From a virus (taxonomy: Duplodnaviria > Heunggongvirae > Uroviricota > Caudoviricetes), in the IMG/VR virus record IMGVR_UViG_3300046522_000748: DNA of 64,000 nt, one strand, 5' to 3'. Below are positions 48,725 to 58,623 of this stretch, in pieces. The position numbers were made by a program, and so were the translations under genes. Below the pieces are notes generated by a model. The model was given only the letters and a program-made list of their open reading frames with translations, was not told the origin of the DNA and ran no database searches. Within the stretch, counting starts at the first letter, position 1; the number at the start of each line of letters is the position of its first letter.

Positions 48725-49366
48725 TCAGCATTTTTCCTGCGGGTTAAGCTCGCGAGTTATCAGGAGAAATTTCATGCAATTGGCCCGGCCAAACTTGATG
48801 GCTTTTTCCTCATTCTGCGCAAAAGCATCACGATTATATCGCGTGGTTTTTCGCTCGGGGTACACAGCATGAAACAATGAGTCATCCACCACAAACACAT
48901 CGCCTCGGCGCAACTTTGTCAGGTGCTTTCCATTTGATAGCACCCTACAGCCTTTTGGGGCGTCAAGCAGAATGCACAGTGCGCCAACCTCATACGTGTC
49001 ATGCATATGGGTATCGCGATGCAAACCAACGTAATCACAGATCATTTGACCTGCGCTCAGATTGTCGATGGAGCTGATGCCTGGGATTAGCGGCTCAAGA
49101 AATTCCAGGCTAATTGGCAAGTCGTTGCGGTGCCAACTGACCGCGCACTCATTGCCCAACCCCAGTTTTTCATTGGGATGATGCTCATAATCGGTCGCCT
49201 CTGGCTTCCATCCTTCTGAGCTGGTGAGATGGCAGCCGTCTTGGTCGATGTTCAGGCATATCGCCAGATCCCGCACCACCGCCAAAGGCAGCCGCCCTAC
49301 GTGCGAAAGGCCCAGGGCTTGGTCTGCGGCTAGCCCCAGGCTTTCGCGAAGGTATTGGGTGGTCAT
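48725..49366 (-). CDS. putative Fe(II)/2OG-type dioxygenase, paralog 4
   Basis: DYVGLHRD...ILL.APKG...GDVFVVDD..FHAVYP; start MTTQYL. Confidence 0.7.
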   Translation of the reverse strand: MTTQYLRESLGLAADQALGLSHVGRLPLAVVRDLAICLNIDQDGCHLTSSEGWKPEATDYEHHPNEKLGLGNECAVSWHRNDLPISLEFLEPLIPGISSIDNLSAGQMICDYVGLHRDTHMHDTYEVGALCILLDAPKGCRVLSNGKHLTKLRRGDVFVVDDSLFHAVYPERKTTRYNRDAFAQNEEKAIKFGRANCMKFLLITRELNPQEKC

Positions 49367-49371
49367 ACGTG

Positions 49372-49641
49372 TTAGCGACTCACGAGCCAACCTTCAGTCC
49401 TGTTTTCGTGAAGCCACAGCCAGCCATTAGGAGAAGCTTTGACCTTTGCATAGCATTCAGGGGTCACCGTTACCAGTCTCACGGTCTCGGTACGAGAGAA
49501 CTCGTGCCCTTGGTGACCATTGATTTCAGCGGACTTGGCATCCATCGCCGCTTGGTCGATGGCAAGCAGGTAACCATCGGGCCGATTGCCCCACCGGGCT
49601 TCGTATTCGGTCACTGCGCATGCGTAAACTGTGTTATCCAT
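49372..49641 (-). CDS. hypothetical protein
   Basis: Start MDNTVY after AGGAG. Confidence 0.7.
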   Translation of the reverse strand: MDNTVYACAVTEYEARWGNRPDGYLLAIDQAAMDAKSAEINGHQGHEFSRTETVRLVTVTPECYAKVKASPNGWLWLHENRTEGWLVSR

Positions 49642-50428
49642 TGGCTTTCTCCTGTTGAGTGGTTTTCGCCTTTCGAGTGCGAACGATGGGTTGATCCTCA
49701 TAGCCGAAACCGGCCATGAATTCCCGAAAAAACAGCTTTTGCAGGAACTCCGAGTCTTCGTGACTCAGGCCTTGCGGCTGTTTGCCTTCCTCAAACAATT
49801 GGCGCAGCCGCTGCTGCTCTTCTTCATCGCATTGCAGCTCGAAACTTGGAATGGCCGCAGCCTTGAACCACCAGCGGTCTGCCAACACCAGGGCGCTTTG
49901 ATTCTCGCCCAGAGTGCCCAGCAGCTCGATGCCGCGCCCAAAGGTGCGTGAGCGCACTTCGGTGGTCAGGCAGTAGTGTGCAATGTCTTCCATCGCATGC
50001 GGGTTCTTCTGGAACGAAGAAAAGGTGTCCAGACTCAGGCCAAACAGGCTAACGGGGTCGCCCTTCTGCTCGGGACGCGACAGCCCTTCCATCGCATGCA
50101 GTTTGGTCTTGCGAATCTTCAGTGCGCTGTTGATGTCAGGCACCAGTGAGCCGACCGAGCCATCACCCAGGCTGTGGCACAACACCATTGCAGAAGGGCG
50201 CAGCATAAAGTCCTTGGTTACGACCAGCACGGCCTGACCGGTGCTCTCGTAGTATTGAGAGATCACGACATTCGGGTTTGGCGAGTTGGGATTCATCGAG
50301 GAGCCAACATCAAAATACTTGGGCGAGTAATCGTTGATGTTGTAGCAGAGATCGAGCGAATTGCTGTCAATCCTGGCGACTTGATCGAGGTCGCGGTGAC
50401 GTACCGCCATTAGAATAATGCAACCCAT
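49634..50428 (-). CDS. hypothetical protein
   Basis: Start MGCIIL behind box variant 50485-50501. Confidence 0.75.
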   Translation of the reverse strand: MGCIILMAVRHRDLDQVARIDSNSLDLCYNINDYSPKYFDVGSSMNPNSPNPNVVISQYYESTGQAVLVVTKDFMLRPSAMVLCHSLGDGSVGSLVPDINSALKIRKTKLHAMEGLSRPEQKGDPVSLFGLSLDTFSSFQKNPHAMEDIAHYCLTTEVRSRTFGRGIELLGTLGENQSALVLADRWWFKAAAIPSFELQCDEEEQQRLRQLFEEGKQPQGLSHEDSEFLQKLFFREFMAGFGYEDQPIVRTRKAKTTQQEKANG

Positions 50429-50570
50429 TTGAAGACCCCTGATCAGTTGGTATATACAGGCTATTATACTCGGATCAAGGTGTTTGTCAATCACATTTAC
50501 TCGTGGTGCCGTAGACTGGAAATGTTTGTGCCCTCGGGTTGTCGAGGGCACAGAACAACACGTGGGGGGA

Positions 50571-51125
50571 TTAGTCGAATTCGTAACCCAGCAACTTGAG
50601 TTGCTCATCGCACCATTCACGAGACGGCGCGTATTGGCCGCATTCGTGACCGCACCCCTTCTCGCCTTCGTGCCAACCTTTCCAGTCTTCAAAAGGGTCA
50701 ACGGCGCGAGCAACACGCACTCGCGGGGTTTTTTCGATAAAGGCCACCCGGTTGGCGATAACCTCTGGATCTGAACCTTCGATGCAGCGCATCGAGCAAT
50801 GATCTTCGTTAATCCAAGGCCCCAGGCGTATGCCATCGCCAATAACGGAAGCGCCAGCAACAGCGGTACTTTCACGCACAAACACGCGATAGCTTCGACG
50901 TTCATCGCGAAGCTCGCGCTTGAGCCTTTTGACGATAAGATCATCTTCCAGGTCTTTGAGGTACTGCGCCAATGCCTCGGTAGTACCGGCGTCGATAGCC
51001 TTTTGTCCGGCAGGATCAAGCTTGGCAACTGCGTACCAGTTTCGCTGCACGTTACTGCTGAGCAGGCAACGGCAAGAAAATGATTTGCATACCTTGCAGT
51101 CAAATCCACGTACTTCAAACATCAT
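50571..51125 (-). CDS. hypothetical protein, N-terminal Cys cluster
   Basis: CKVCKSFSCRC; start MMFEV. Confidence 0.7.
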   Translation of the reverse strand: MMFEVRGFDCKVCKSFSCRCLLSSNVQRNWYAVAKLDPAGQKAIDAGTTEALAQYLKDLEDDLIVKRLKRELRDERRSYRVFVRESTAVAGASVIGDGIRLGPWINEDHCSMRCIEGSDPEVIANRVAFIEKTPRVRVARAVDPFEDWKGWHEGEKGCGHECGQYAPSREWCDEQLKLLGYEFD

Positions 51126-51153
51126 GGCGGAATTCTCGCTGGGCAAAAGTGAT

Positions 51154-51336
51154 TTATGCAGCGCTGGCGTCATTCTCAGCAGGTGCCGAGCTGGTCACGC
51201 GCACCGTCTGGGTGATCTTGACGAGGGTTTCCTTGGCCTTCTGCTCGCACTGACGCAGGCTGGTGCCTGTGGCGGTGATTTGGGCTTTAGAGCCGTCTTT
51301 GCGCAGGCCGGTGAAGGAAAAGCTCATGGTGCTCAT
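51154..51336 (-). CDS. small hypothetical protein
   Basis: Behind box variant 51393-51409. Confidence 0.65.
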   Translation of the reverse strand: MSTMSFSFTGLRKDGSKAQITATGTSLRQCEQKAKETLVKITQTVRVTSSAPAENDASAA

Positions 51337-51430
51337 TTAGGTATTGCCTCTTTGGTTTGTATTGTCGATATTATAGTGACCCGACAAGCTTTCGTCAATG
51401 TCACTGACCAAAATAAATGATTAATTACGA

Positions 51431-51661
51431 TCAGTGCCCGTAATTGCAGCCGATCATATAGGTGATGCCATTGATTACCGTGGTGGTGTCAAAACGACCG
51501 CAGCAGCCTCTTTTCGCGAGTGCGTAATAGGCATCCTCGCTCTCATGATTGCCCCTGATCGCGGCCCGGCAATTATCGGCGCAATCCAGGTTATGGCGGG
51601 CGATTTCGTAATTGAGGTCTTCGCGAAGTTGCGGAATTTGTTCGAACAAGCTTGGCGACAT
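51431..51661 (-). CDS. hypothetical protein
   Basis: DCADN.R...GCCG.FD...IGCNYGH. Confidence 0.7.
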   Translation of the reverse strand: MSPSLFEQIPQLREDLNYEIARHNLDCADNCRAAIRGNHESEDAYYALAKRGCCGRFDTTTVINGITYMIGCNYGH

Positions 51662-51735
51662 TATGAAATCTCTTTTGTTGGGCTGACGGCAGGGAGCGGT
51701 GCCCTGCCCTGGGCAGTGATTTCGACGAACTAACG

Positions 51736-52077
51736 TTACGATTGAATCTTCAGAATCTGGATATCCTTTCGTACATGGGAGGAGCTATACATCAGCTTAT
51801 CAAAGGCCTGATCGTCGATCAGCAGGATGTCATTTCCATTGCACATGACTTGATAGGTGTGCTCTTCGACGCCATCGTTCTCAACCATGACTTTTACATA
51901 TTCGAATGTGTCCATGTCATCCAGTTCGAACATCAGCGAACCGCTATGATCCCTGTTGGCGCGCAGGATGTGCGTGAACTGGCGACCAATTTCAGACAGT
52001 TTTTTACCGGTCATCAGCATGGAAAATTGCTGATCCGCATTGATGATTTTGATGCGACCGATGTTTTTGCTGCTCAT
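51736..52077 (-). CDS. hypothetical protein
   Basis: 113 aa. Confidence 0.7.
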   Translation of the reverse strand: MSSKNIGRIKIINADQQFSMLMTGKKLSEIGRQFTHILRANRDHSGSLMFELDDMDTFEYVKVMVENDGVEEHTYQVMCNGNDILLIDDQAFDKLMYSSSHVRKDIQILKIQS

Positions 52078-52209
52078 TGTTCAAACCCTTTGTGGAGTAG
52101 CGACATGCTCAAGGCAGGCTTGCCCGACAGATGTTTATTGTACTGACATTTGTCGGAAATTGCAAGCTTACTTTGTTGGCCGGTCGTTATACCCCTTGGG
52201 TTTTACCTG

Positions 52210-52806
52210 TCATTCTTGGCGCTTTTTTATCGGCATGGTAATGACATTATTGGTGATCGGTGGCTTCTCGACCACAGCCTCTGGCTGGACGACAACCTGC
52301 TCCAGGCGAAACGTCAATATCAGTACGGGGTCAAGTACATGCTCAAGGTAAAAGCGTGCGGTACAATCTTGACCAACGATTTCGATGCTGCCCAGGCACA
52401 ACTTCAACTTCAATGTTTCTTGACTGCTTTTCAAATATTTTTTCAGGTGTTTGACTTCGCTGTCCAGCATCTCCAGATACATGGCTTTGCCTTCTGCTTC
52501 GTCGAGATCATCGGGATTGTCCAGTGGTTGGACAGCGACGGCATCCAGCGTCTCCTTGTGCTCCATCATCAGATCATAGATACACTGATGAATCAGATTC
52601 TGCGGGACTGTTTCAACTTGAGCGTAAAGAAATTGAGTAAGATTTTGATGAAGTAGAGTGAATTCTTCAGCAATTTTTAGGCATTTGCTAAAATCTGCGG
52701 CAGGATTTTCAGTAGGAATAACGTAAGATACGAAGTTGTCTATTTTATAATCATCTTCAAGTTCTATGGAGAAATCTCTGTCTTCTGAGTTGTAAATAAG
52801 TTCCAA
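52210..52806 (-). CDS. acidic hypothetical protein
   Basis: TTG start after AGGAG. Confidence 0.7.
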   Translation of the reverse strand: MELIYNSEDRDFSIELEDDYKIDNFVSYVIPTENPAADFSKCLKIAEEFTLLHQNLTQFLYAQVETVPQNLIHQCIYDLMMEHKETLDAVAVQPLDNPDDLDEAEGKAMYLEMLDSEVKHLKKYLKSSQETLKLKLCLGSIEIVGQDCTARFYLEHVLDPVLILTFRLEQVVVQPEAVVEKPPITNNVITMPIKKRQE

Positions 52807-52963
52807 TTGGCATCTCCTGCTTATAATTATTTGTAATCAAAATCATGATGCCATAATTAATGATTAAGTCAAATAAGCAGGAACTAATATCGTTGAATTA
52901 ATTGATGTTTTTTAGTTTATTTACCGCTGGCGCACAAGTAGCGCCAGCAGTATTGGGGAGGGT

Positions 52964-53290
52964 TTATGGCTGGCTGTCTCGACGACGCGCTTCTGCTACA
53001 GTGACGCATCCGTAATCAGGGTGCATCGTCCAAGGGCTTACGTCCAGAAGGCGACAGACCTCGTTATGCAGTTCATCGAAGCCTTGAATGCAATCGCAGC
53101 CTCTGGCCACATCCATATCAAGACTCTCTGCCAGATGCTGGAGTCCAAGATAGGTATCCTTGAGCATCGTGTCTGGCGTCAACAGATCAAAACACAGGTT
53201 GTGAAAATGGGGGTGGTGCGTCGGCGACTGACCGAATTTCAGCTCCAGTGGCAGGAGTTGATGCGCGACTTTGGCGATAATCGGTTCCAT
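52964..53290 (-). CDS. hypothetical protein
   Basis: Behind box variant 53347-53363. Confidence 0.65.
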   Translation of the reverse strand: MEPIIAKVAHQLLPLELKFGQSPTHHPHFHNLCFDLLTPDTMLKDTYLGLQHLAESLDMDVARGCDCIQGFDELHNEVCRLLDVSPWTMHPDYGCVTVAEARRRDSQP

Positions 53291-53346
53291 GCTTGCTTCC
53301 TGTGAGCAGTCCGTGAAGGTTTCATTCTAGCGTCACCCTTGTGCGC

Positions 53347-53444
53347 AGTCAATCATGCTGACCTTAATCCGACAAAAATACTGGCGAGATCAGTGCTTTT
53401 CGGCTGTCATTTATATTGACATTTTATGGATTTTTGAGTAGAGT
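53347..53444. promoter_or_regulatory. divergent pair of box promoters
   Basis: Variant 53347-53363 (leftward); perfect 53405-53421 (rightward, TTGACA-17-TAGAGT). Confidence 0.8.
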
Positions 53445-53483
53445 TTCCTCACTGCGGGTTTCTCACCAACTTAAGGCGCCAAC

Positions 53484-53726
53484 ATGAAAGAACACGACAT
53501 TGTATCGGATGTGGATCTTGACACGGCCCACGCATTCGCCAATTTCGGCATGGAAAAACGGGAAGTTATTCGCTTGGCCGTGCTGAAATGCGCCAGCGGG
53601 TTGGCTCAAGGTCATACCTCGCGGGTCATTTGCGAGGAATTGGGCTTGATCGATGAGGATTACAGGATTACGTGTAAAGGTCAGGCTTATCTGTGGGCAG
53701 CGTTCAGCAACGGCAGCAATTTTTGA
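53484..53726 (+). CDS. hypothetical protein
   Basis: 80 aa. Confidence 0.7.
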   Translation: MKEHDIVSDVDLDTAHAFANFGMEKREVIRLAVLKCASGLAQGHTSRVICEELGLIDEDYRITCKGQAYLWAAFSNGSNF

Positions 53727-53757
53727 TATTTTGATCGGGCGTATATCGGGATTCCTG

Positions 53758-53797
53758 TGTCAACACCATTGACACCGATGTGCATTCCGAGTACAAT
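53758..53797 (+). promoter_or_regulatory. TGTCA-N7-TGACA box / promoter
   Basis: perfect box; TTGACA-17-TACAAT. Confidence 0.85.
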
Positions 53798-53823
53798 GGA
53801 GTCATCGAAACGGGAATCCAGAC

Positions 53824-54060
53824 ATGACCCAAATTATTGAAAAGCAGGCCAATCAGTACGACAAGGGCGAACGCGTAACTTGCCCTCATTGCGGTGCTGT
53901 TCAGCCAGACGAGGTGGAAGCCTACGTCGTTCAGGGCACGCTTGAAATTGTCACAGATAGCTGCGAGACCTGTCACAAGCGCTTTTCCATTCTGGAGCTG
54001 ACCTGTGGCCTGTATCAGCTGCGCAAACTGAACACTCCGCCACAAAAACCAAAGGTGTAA
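53824..54060 (+). CDS. zinc-ribbon protein
   Basis: CPHC...CETC. Confidence 0.7.
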   Translation: MTQIIEKQANQYDKGERVTCPHCGAVQPDEVEAYVVQGTLEIVTDSCETCHKRFSILELTCGLYQLRKLNTPPQKPKV

Positions 54061-54063
54061 TCC

Positions 54064-54597
54064 ATGAGCTTTAGCCATTTCTCGAAATCCGCCAAAGCAG
54101 CCTACATTTTGGCGGTCAGCAGCCATCGGGCGATCATTGAATATGGTCAATCCGTCAGGTTGCTCAAAGACGGCGATGACGAACAGTGGGATCAATCGTT
54201 CAAGGGTTTTTCCGAAGGCGTTCTGATTCATGGTGCAGAAGGCGTGATCCGCGTCACTGTCGGCCACCATCGTTCGCACATGGACGATGACACCACGCAG
54301 GCATGGGGCGATGACGGTGATCCTATTGATTGCCAATGCCTGTACCAGCCTCCGCAACAAGCGCACTGCCCAGTGCCAGCGCTGGAACTGTGGGCGAGCA
54401 ACGAACTCGGAGAAATGATCTGTATCGAGCGCCTCAACTGGGTTGAGGATTGCCTTCAGTTTGTCGGTTCAAAATCCGCTCTTGGTTATTTCGGCGACAT
54501 TACGATTGAATTGATCAAGCCTTTTGTCGCCCCTCAGCTCCCTGACAACGAAAGCGTCGAAACCGTCGAAGTCGATGAGTGGTACGGTTATCCCTGA
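54064..54597 (+). CDS. hypothetical protein
   Basis: 177 aa. Confidence 0.7.
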   Translation: MSFSHFSKSAKAAYILAVSSHRAIIEYGQSVRLLKDGDDEQWDQSFKGFSEGVLIHGAEGVIRVTVGHHRSHMDDDTTQAWGDDGDPIDCQCLYQPPQQAHCPVPALELWASNELGEMICIERLNWVEDCLQFVGSKSALGYFGDITIELIKPFVAPQLPDNESVETVEVDEWYGYP

Positions 54598-54650
54598 AAT
54601 TGGGCGATTCTGTGTTCCACTCTCAATCATTCAATCGTCTGGATTAAATC

Positions 54651-55022
54651 ATGCACCAGCCTCATGCCATCCCTTTGTTCACCCTGGTCGAAATTCTCGG
54701 CAACCCTGAAGATCCAAGGATTAACGATGGCTTGCGCCTGTATGTTCAATTCCACGAATACGACTGCGATGGCACACCACTGTACGCGCTAACATCCAAC
54801 TTCAAAACCATCGGGCGGCATTTGCAAAGCCGCCTCGGTATGACTGATGAGGATCGTGCATATTACCTGCGCCACGGCAGGGCTGTCATGCATGGTTACT
54901 CGGAAAAATCATTGGTTGTAATTCACTCTGCTGAAATCACTCTGGCCGGTCTGGCAGAAGCAGGGTATCGCTTCGATGGCAAATCGGTCGAATGGATAGA
55001 GCGCGACCAGTCTGCCATGTAA
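54651..55022 (+). CDS. hypothetical protein
   Basis: 123 aa. Confidence 0.7.
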   Translation: MHQPHAIPLFTLVEILGNPEDPRINDGLRLYVQFHEYDCDGTPLYALTSNFKTIGRHLQSRLGMTDEDRAYYLRHGRAVMHGYSEKSLVVIHSAEITLAGLAEAGYRFDGKSVEWIERDQSAM

Positions 55023-55084
55023 ATCACATTGACAATATTTCGAGGGTTGTGTATACTCACCCCATTCTCTTGAGGAGTCACCCT

Positions 55085-55516
55085 ATGCATCCCTCGCTGT
55101 TTGTCGAAAAGTACCTGACCAATGTCTCTTTGCTGATCAAGGACATGGTTCGAACAAATGAGCGTTATGATGACATGATGTTCAATATGCGCTCTCGCAC
55201 CTCCTACGACGAACCTGCTCAGGCAGAAGGCTGGGTGCAGTGCTTTGATGATCAGGGGAATTACCACAACAAGCAGACGGGAGAGTTCTCTCTTGCTGGC
55301 AGTTGGGAAGAACTCTGTGATGAGCAACACTACGCGGCTTACCAGTCCGATGTAATGGGCTACTACATCATTGACCCTTCCATGGTTGAGCGCTTCAAAG
55401 AGGAAGGTGAGTTGGTGATGGAAGATTTTTTCGGCCTGTGCCTCTGGGGTCGCTGCACCACTGGTCAATCGGTTCATGATGATGGTGTAATACAGCGGAT
55501 CGCTGAGGTCATCTAA
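55085..55516 (+). CDS. hypothetical protein
   Basis: GAGGAG RBS; box variant 55018-55034. Confidence 0.75.
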   Translation: MHPSLFVEKYLTNVSLLIKDMVRTNERYDDMMFNMRSRTSYDEPAQAEGWVQCFDDQGNYHNKQTGEFSLAGSWEELCDEQHYAAYQSDVMGYYIIDPSMVERFKEEGELVMEDFFGLCLWGRCTTGQSVHDDGVIQRIAEVI

Positions 55517-55575
55517 TCGACAGGCGCCCAACATACCGGGCGCCCTGCCCCGCACCTGCTGTACAAGGTTTTCTG

Positions 55576-55797
55576 ATGAGTAACATTTACGCCCTGATCG
55601 TCACCAAGGACAACATTCCCCTGACTGTGGATATGCTCCAGGGTGACCAATACGCCTTCCGCCGTTTTCGAGAGGCCATTAACGGCGAAACCCAGGACAT
55701 GGATGATGAAGACGACATCAACGCCATTATCGACGCAGGCAGTCTCTTGACGGATGACGGTTCCATAGCGCTGGTGTTGATAGAGCAAGGGTGCTGA
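55576..55797 (+). CDS. small acidic protein
   Basis: 73 aa. Confidence 0.6.
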   Translation: MSNIYALIVTKDNIPLTVDMLQGDQYAFRRFREAINGETQDMDDEDDINAIIDAGSLLTDDGSIALVLIEQGC

Positions 55798-55885
55798 ACA
55801 AACAACCCGGCTGGCCACTTTCCCACGCAGTGGGGCAATTGCATGATCCGCCAACCAGTACTATTTCTTAAGGCATGAGGCTTTT

Positions 55886-56596
55886 ATGAATACTCCACCA
55901 GTTGTGAATGTAGGACTCATTTTTGGTACTGAGTACGCTCATGCTTATGACCGTCATGGCATGTCGGCACGGAACGTCGAGAACGTTCATGTTTTTGATT
56001 TTGCCAACAAAGCTGAGTCTGAAGCCTTCTTGCAGGGTGTTGATGACGCCTCGGGCTGGTTGGACTACGATGCCGCCGATGATCAAAAACTGGTTGCAAT
56101 GGGGCTGAACCCTGAACTAACGGTGGTTGCCGCTTTCGGTAAAGGCGCCTCTATCGACGATGAGTTGGGTGATGATGACGATGAAGGCGGCGAGCATACC
56201 GAAAGTAATGGCGATGACAAACCTGAGCCGGTGACGTTTACCTTCGGTACAGCCGCAGAACGCAAGGCGTTCCAGAAAGGTCTGGAAGAAGGCATTGGCT
56301 GGATGGAGTATTCACAGCTCAGTGAGGAGTCTCTGGCAGCTTATCAGCAGGCCTCGGCCAAGCTGGGTGGCGAAACTCCAGTCATTCACGGCTTCAGAAT
56401 TGATCTAAAAAATGGCGAGCAACTGACTGTGGCCACCTACATGGATGCTCAGGAAGTTAATGCGGCACTAGTGAATGCCAGGGCCTACATCGAGACAATG
56501 CGCTCTTACGATGTCGATGGCTTTGATGAGCTTGATCACAAGCCTTGTGACGATCTTGAGCCTGGGCTTGAGCAATGTCTTTTGGATGCGGTGTAA
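55886..56596 (+). CDS. acidic protein with duplicated motif
   Basis: F.F...AE..AF..G.....GW..Y twice. Confidence 0.75.
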   Translation: MNTPPVVNVGLIFGTEYAHAYDRHGMSARNVENVHVFDFANKAESEAFLQGVDDASGWLDYDAADDQKLVAMGLNPELTVVAAFGKGASIDDELGDDDDEGGEHTESNGDDKPEPVTFTFGTAAERKAFQKGLEEGIGWMEYSQLSEESLAAYQQASAKLGGETPVIHGFRIDLKNGEQLTVATYMDAQEVNAALVNARAYIETMRSYDVDGFDELDHKPCDDLEPGLEQCLLDAV

Positions 56597-56708
56597 GTAA
56601 GATAACCAACCATGTGGTTGTCAGGGTAAAACGGCCAGACGAGCGGATGATTATGTCATTGACATTTCATCCGTAAATCTGTATGATTACTCTCAAATCA
56701 AGTCAGTC

Positions 56709-57008
56709 ATGAGAGCAGTCAGCATGCAGGCAGTCAGTTTCGCTAATTCGTTGCCAAAGCCTACCGCTGGGGCGGATGGTCTCTTTACCGGGGTTGTTGA
56801 AAACCGTTACGACCCCAAGGAATACAATCAGGTCGATCAGTTTGGTCGGTCGTATACGCTTGATCAACTCAGCCGTGAGGATCTGATGCAGCTCGCCTGT
56901 TATGGGATTGATGCCATGGAGCGAATGGATGTGCTGATCGACAAGCAACTCCAGCTTGCCGACAGTTGGCGTAAAGACATGCAGTTGCCAGTTGAATCAG
57001 TCGATTGA
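56709..57008 (+). CDS. hypothetical protein
   Basis: Box variant 56648-56664; terminator 57023-57053. Confidence 0.7.
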   Translation: MRAVSMQAVSFANSLPKPTAGADGLFTGVVENRYDPKEYNQVDQFGRSYTLDQLSREDLMQLACYGIDAMERMDVLIDKQLQLADSWRKDMQLPVESVD

Positions 57009-57156
57009 TACTTCATGTGATTAAAAAGCTCGGGCGTTACGTCCGAGCTTTTTATTTTGCCTGGATTAATGATTGTAGATTTTCAGGCAAACTCTTCTTG
57101 TTCAGATAATCGCTTATTGATGAAAATCGGGGCCATGATATATTATCGACTTAACT

Positions 57157-57429
57157 ATGGAGATAATCATGAGTACCGTAAAGATTTCTGTTTATTTAGA
57201 GAACGGGCTGGTCTACAGCTATACAGTTAATTCCCCCTCCTCTGCTCGTGAACACGCTTACGAAATCGTGCAAACCGGCTACCGACACACCACCCCCACC
57301 GGCCTGACTCATTACCCTCCACATAAAATCAAGAAGGTGAAGTGCGAGATTGATCCGGCCACTATCCAAGAGGGTGAGCCAGATGATGTCTTCACCACGG
57401 GCTACTCCGACACCGTTCGTGGGACTTGA
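57157..57429 (+). CDS. hypothetical protein
   Basis: 90 aa; true start probably MSTVKI. Confidence 0.7.
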   Translation: MEIIMSTVKISVYLENGLVYSYTVNSPSSAREHAYEIVQTGYRHTTPTGLTHYPPHKIKKVKCEIDPATIQEGEPDDVFTTGYSDTVRGT

Positions 57430-57583
57430 TCGAAGTCTATGGGTGCAATCTATGGTGATGTGAGGCGGCTTAGGCTTAATTGATGTGATCGGTAGATCGT
57501 GAGTACAGCAAAGGCCCTGCCCGCTATTCGCGACCAGAAGGGTTCCAGCGGGGGTCGGTTCTTTGTCCTGAAACCCTCTCAAA

Positions 57584-57685
57584 ATGTCCGCTGATGTCCG
57601 GTTATGTCCGATGAGGGCGGCAAAGCCAAGCGGGCCGGGCTTCAGGTCAGGCGCAATGATGTCCGGCCATGTCCGCTCATGTCCG
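57584..57685. repeat. two triads of ATGTCCG at 10-bp period
   Basis: Copies at 57584, 57594, 57604 and 57659, 57669, 57679. Confidence 0.9.
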
Positions 57686-57699
57686 ATTGATCGACGGGA

Positions 57700-58053
57700 T
57701 TACTTGCTTGGCTGGGGAATTTTCACTTTTCGGCTTGTGTGCTTGATGGCCATTTCGACACGCAGTGCCAGGAACTCAGGGGAGTCTTCCAGCAGGTTGT
57801 TACGCCGCTGATTGCAGCGTTGGTGTGAGATCGAAAGGTTATCCATGTCATCGGTGCCGCCGTGAGACAGCGGCAGGACATGCTCTAGGGTGGCATGCTG
57901 TTCTTCGACGTGACACTCGCACACAAAGCATGGCACCCTGCCGTGCTTTTTGTTGAGCATGCGATAAATCGTTTCGCGTCGCCCCTTCCTGACGCTGCCT
58001 GCAAGGCGTGCTTTCATGGCCGAGGACAAGTACAGTTTTTTGGCTTTGGCCAT
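57700..58053 (-). CDS. HNH endonuclease
   Basis: CFVC...TLEHVLPLSHGGTDDMDNL..SHQRCN. Confidence 0.85.
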   Translation of the reverse strand: MAKAKKLYLSSAMKARLAGSVRKGRRETIYRMLNKKHGRVPCFVCECHVEEQHATLEHVLPLSHGGTDDMDNLSISHQRCNQRRNNLLEDSPEFLALRVEMAIKHTSRKVKIPQPSK

Positions 58054-58074
58054 TCAGGGCGGCTCCTGGCGGCG

Positions 58075-58428
58075 TTAGTGCGGTAGATTCAGATCGACTT
58101 TGTACACCTTGCCGACCAGCTTGGTGCTGCCGTTCTTGAGTCGTTGGTAGAAGCCGGTGAAATGGTACACACCCACTTCACTGCAAGGCCCTTCATCCTT
58201 GGTCAAATCGATGAGGTATTCCTGGCGATCTTCAAAGTAGGCTGGGCCTTCGTCGAAGGTCGGAAATTCACTGCTGACCACCACCACGTCACCATGTTGG
58301 CCGTTGATGAACACGAAACGGCCTTCATGTTTGGAGCCCGGCTCAGCGTCCATATGACCCCATGTTTGCGCCACGATTTGAGCGGCAGTGTGCGCTTCGG
58401 CGATTTCAATGGCGGAGGCGAAAGACAT
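58075..58428 (-). CDS. hypothetical protein
   Basis: Box variant 58490-58506. Confidence 0.7.
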   Translation of the reverse strand: MSFASAIEIAEAHTAAQIVAQTWGHMDAEPGSKHEGRFVFINGQHGDVVVVSSEFPTFDEGPAYFEDRQEYLIDLTKDEGPCSEVGVYHFTGFYQRLKNGSTKLVGKVYKVDLNLPH

Positions 58429-58623
58429 GATGAAGTCCTGTGGTTAATTGTGTTTTGGTAAAGGGTATTATACTCACATACAACCACATGGTCAACCTTA
58501 TTGACATTGCAGCCCAGCTTCTTAAACGGATATTATTTAGTTGACGTATATCGCATGATTTGTATAATCGAATCTTACGAGACGAAATACCAAGATTGGA
58601 TAATCTCTTTCTTTGATGCACGC

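Noticed and set aside
50429-51118. N-terminal half of the 494-aa ORF
   Set aside because: Overlaps another gene and spans a box promoter; real start at 50428
35390-57685. CRISPR array
   Set aside because: Repeats are 7-11 bp without unique 25-40 bp spacers; no cas genes
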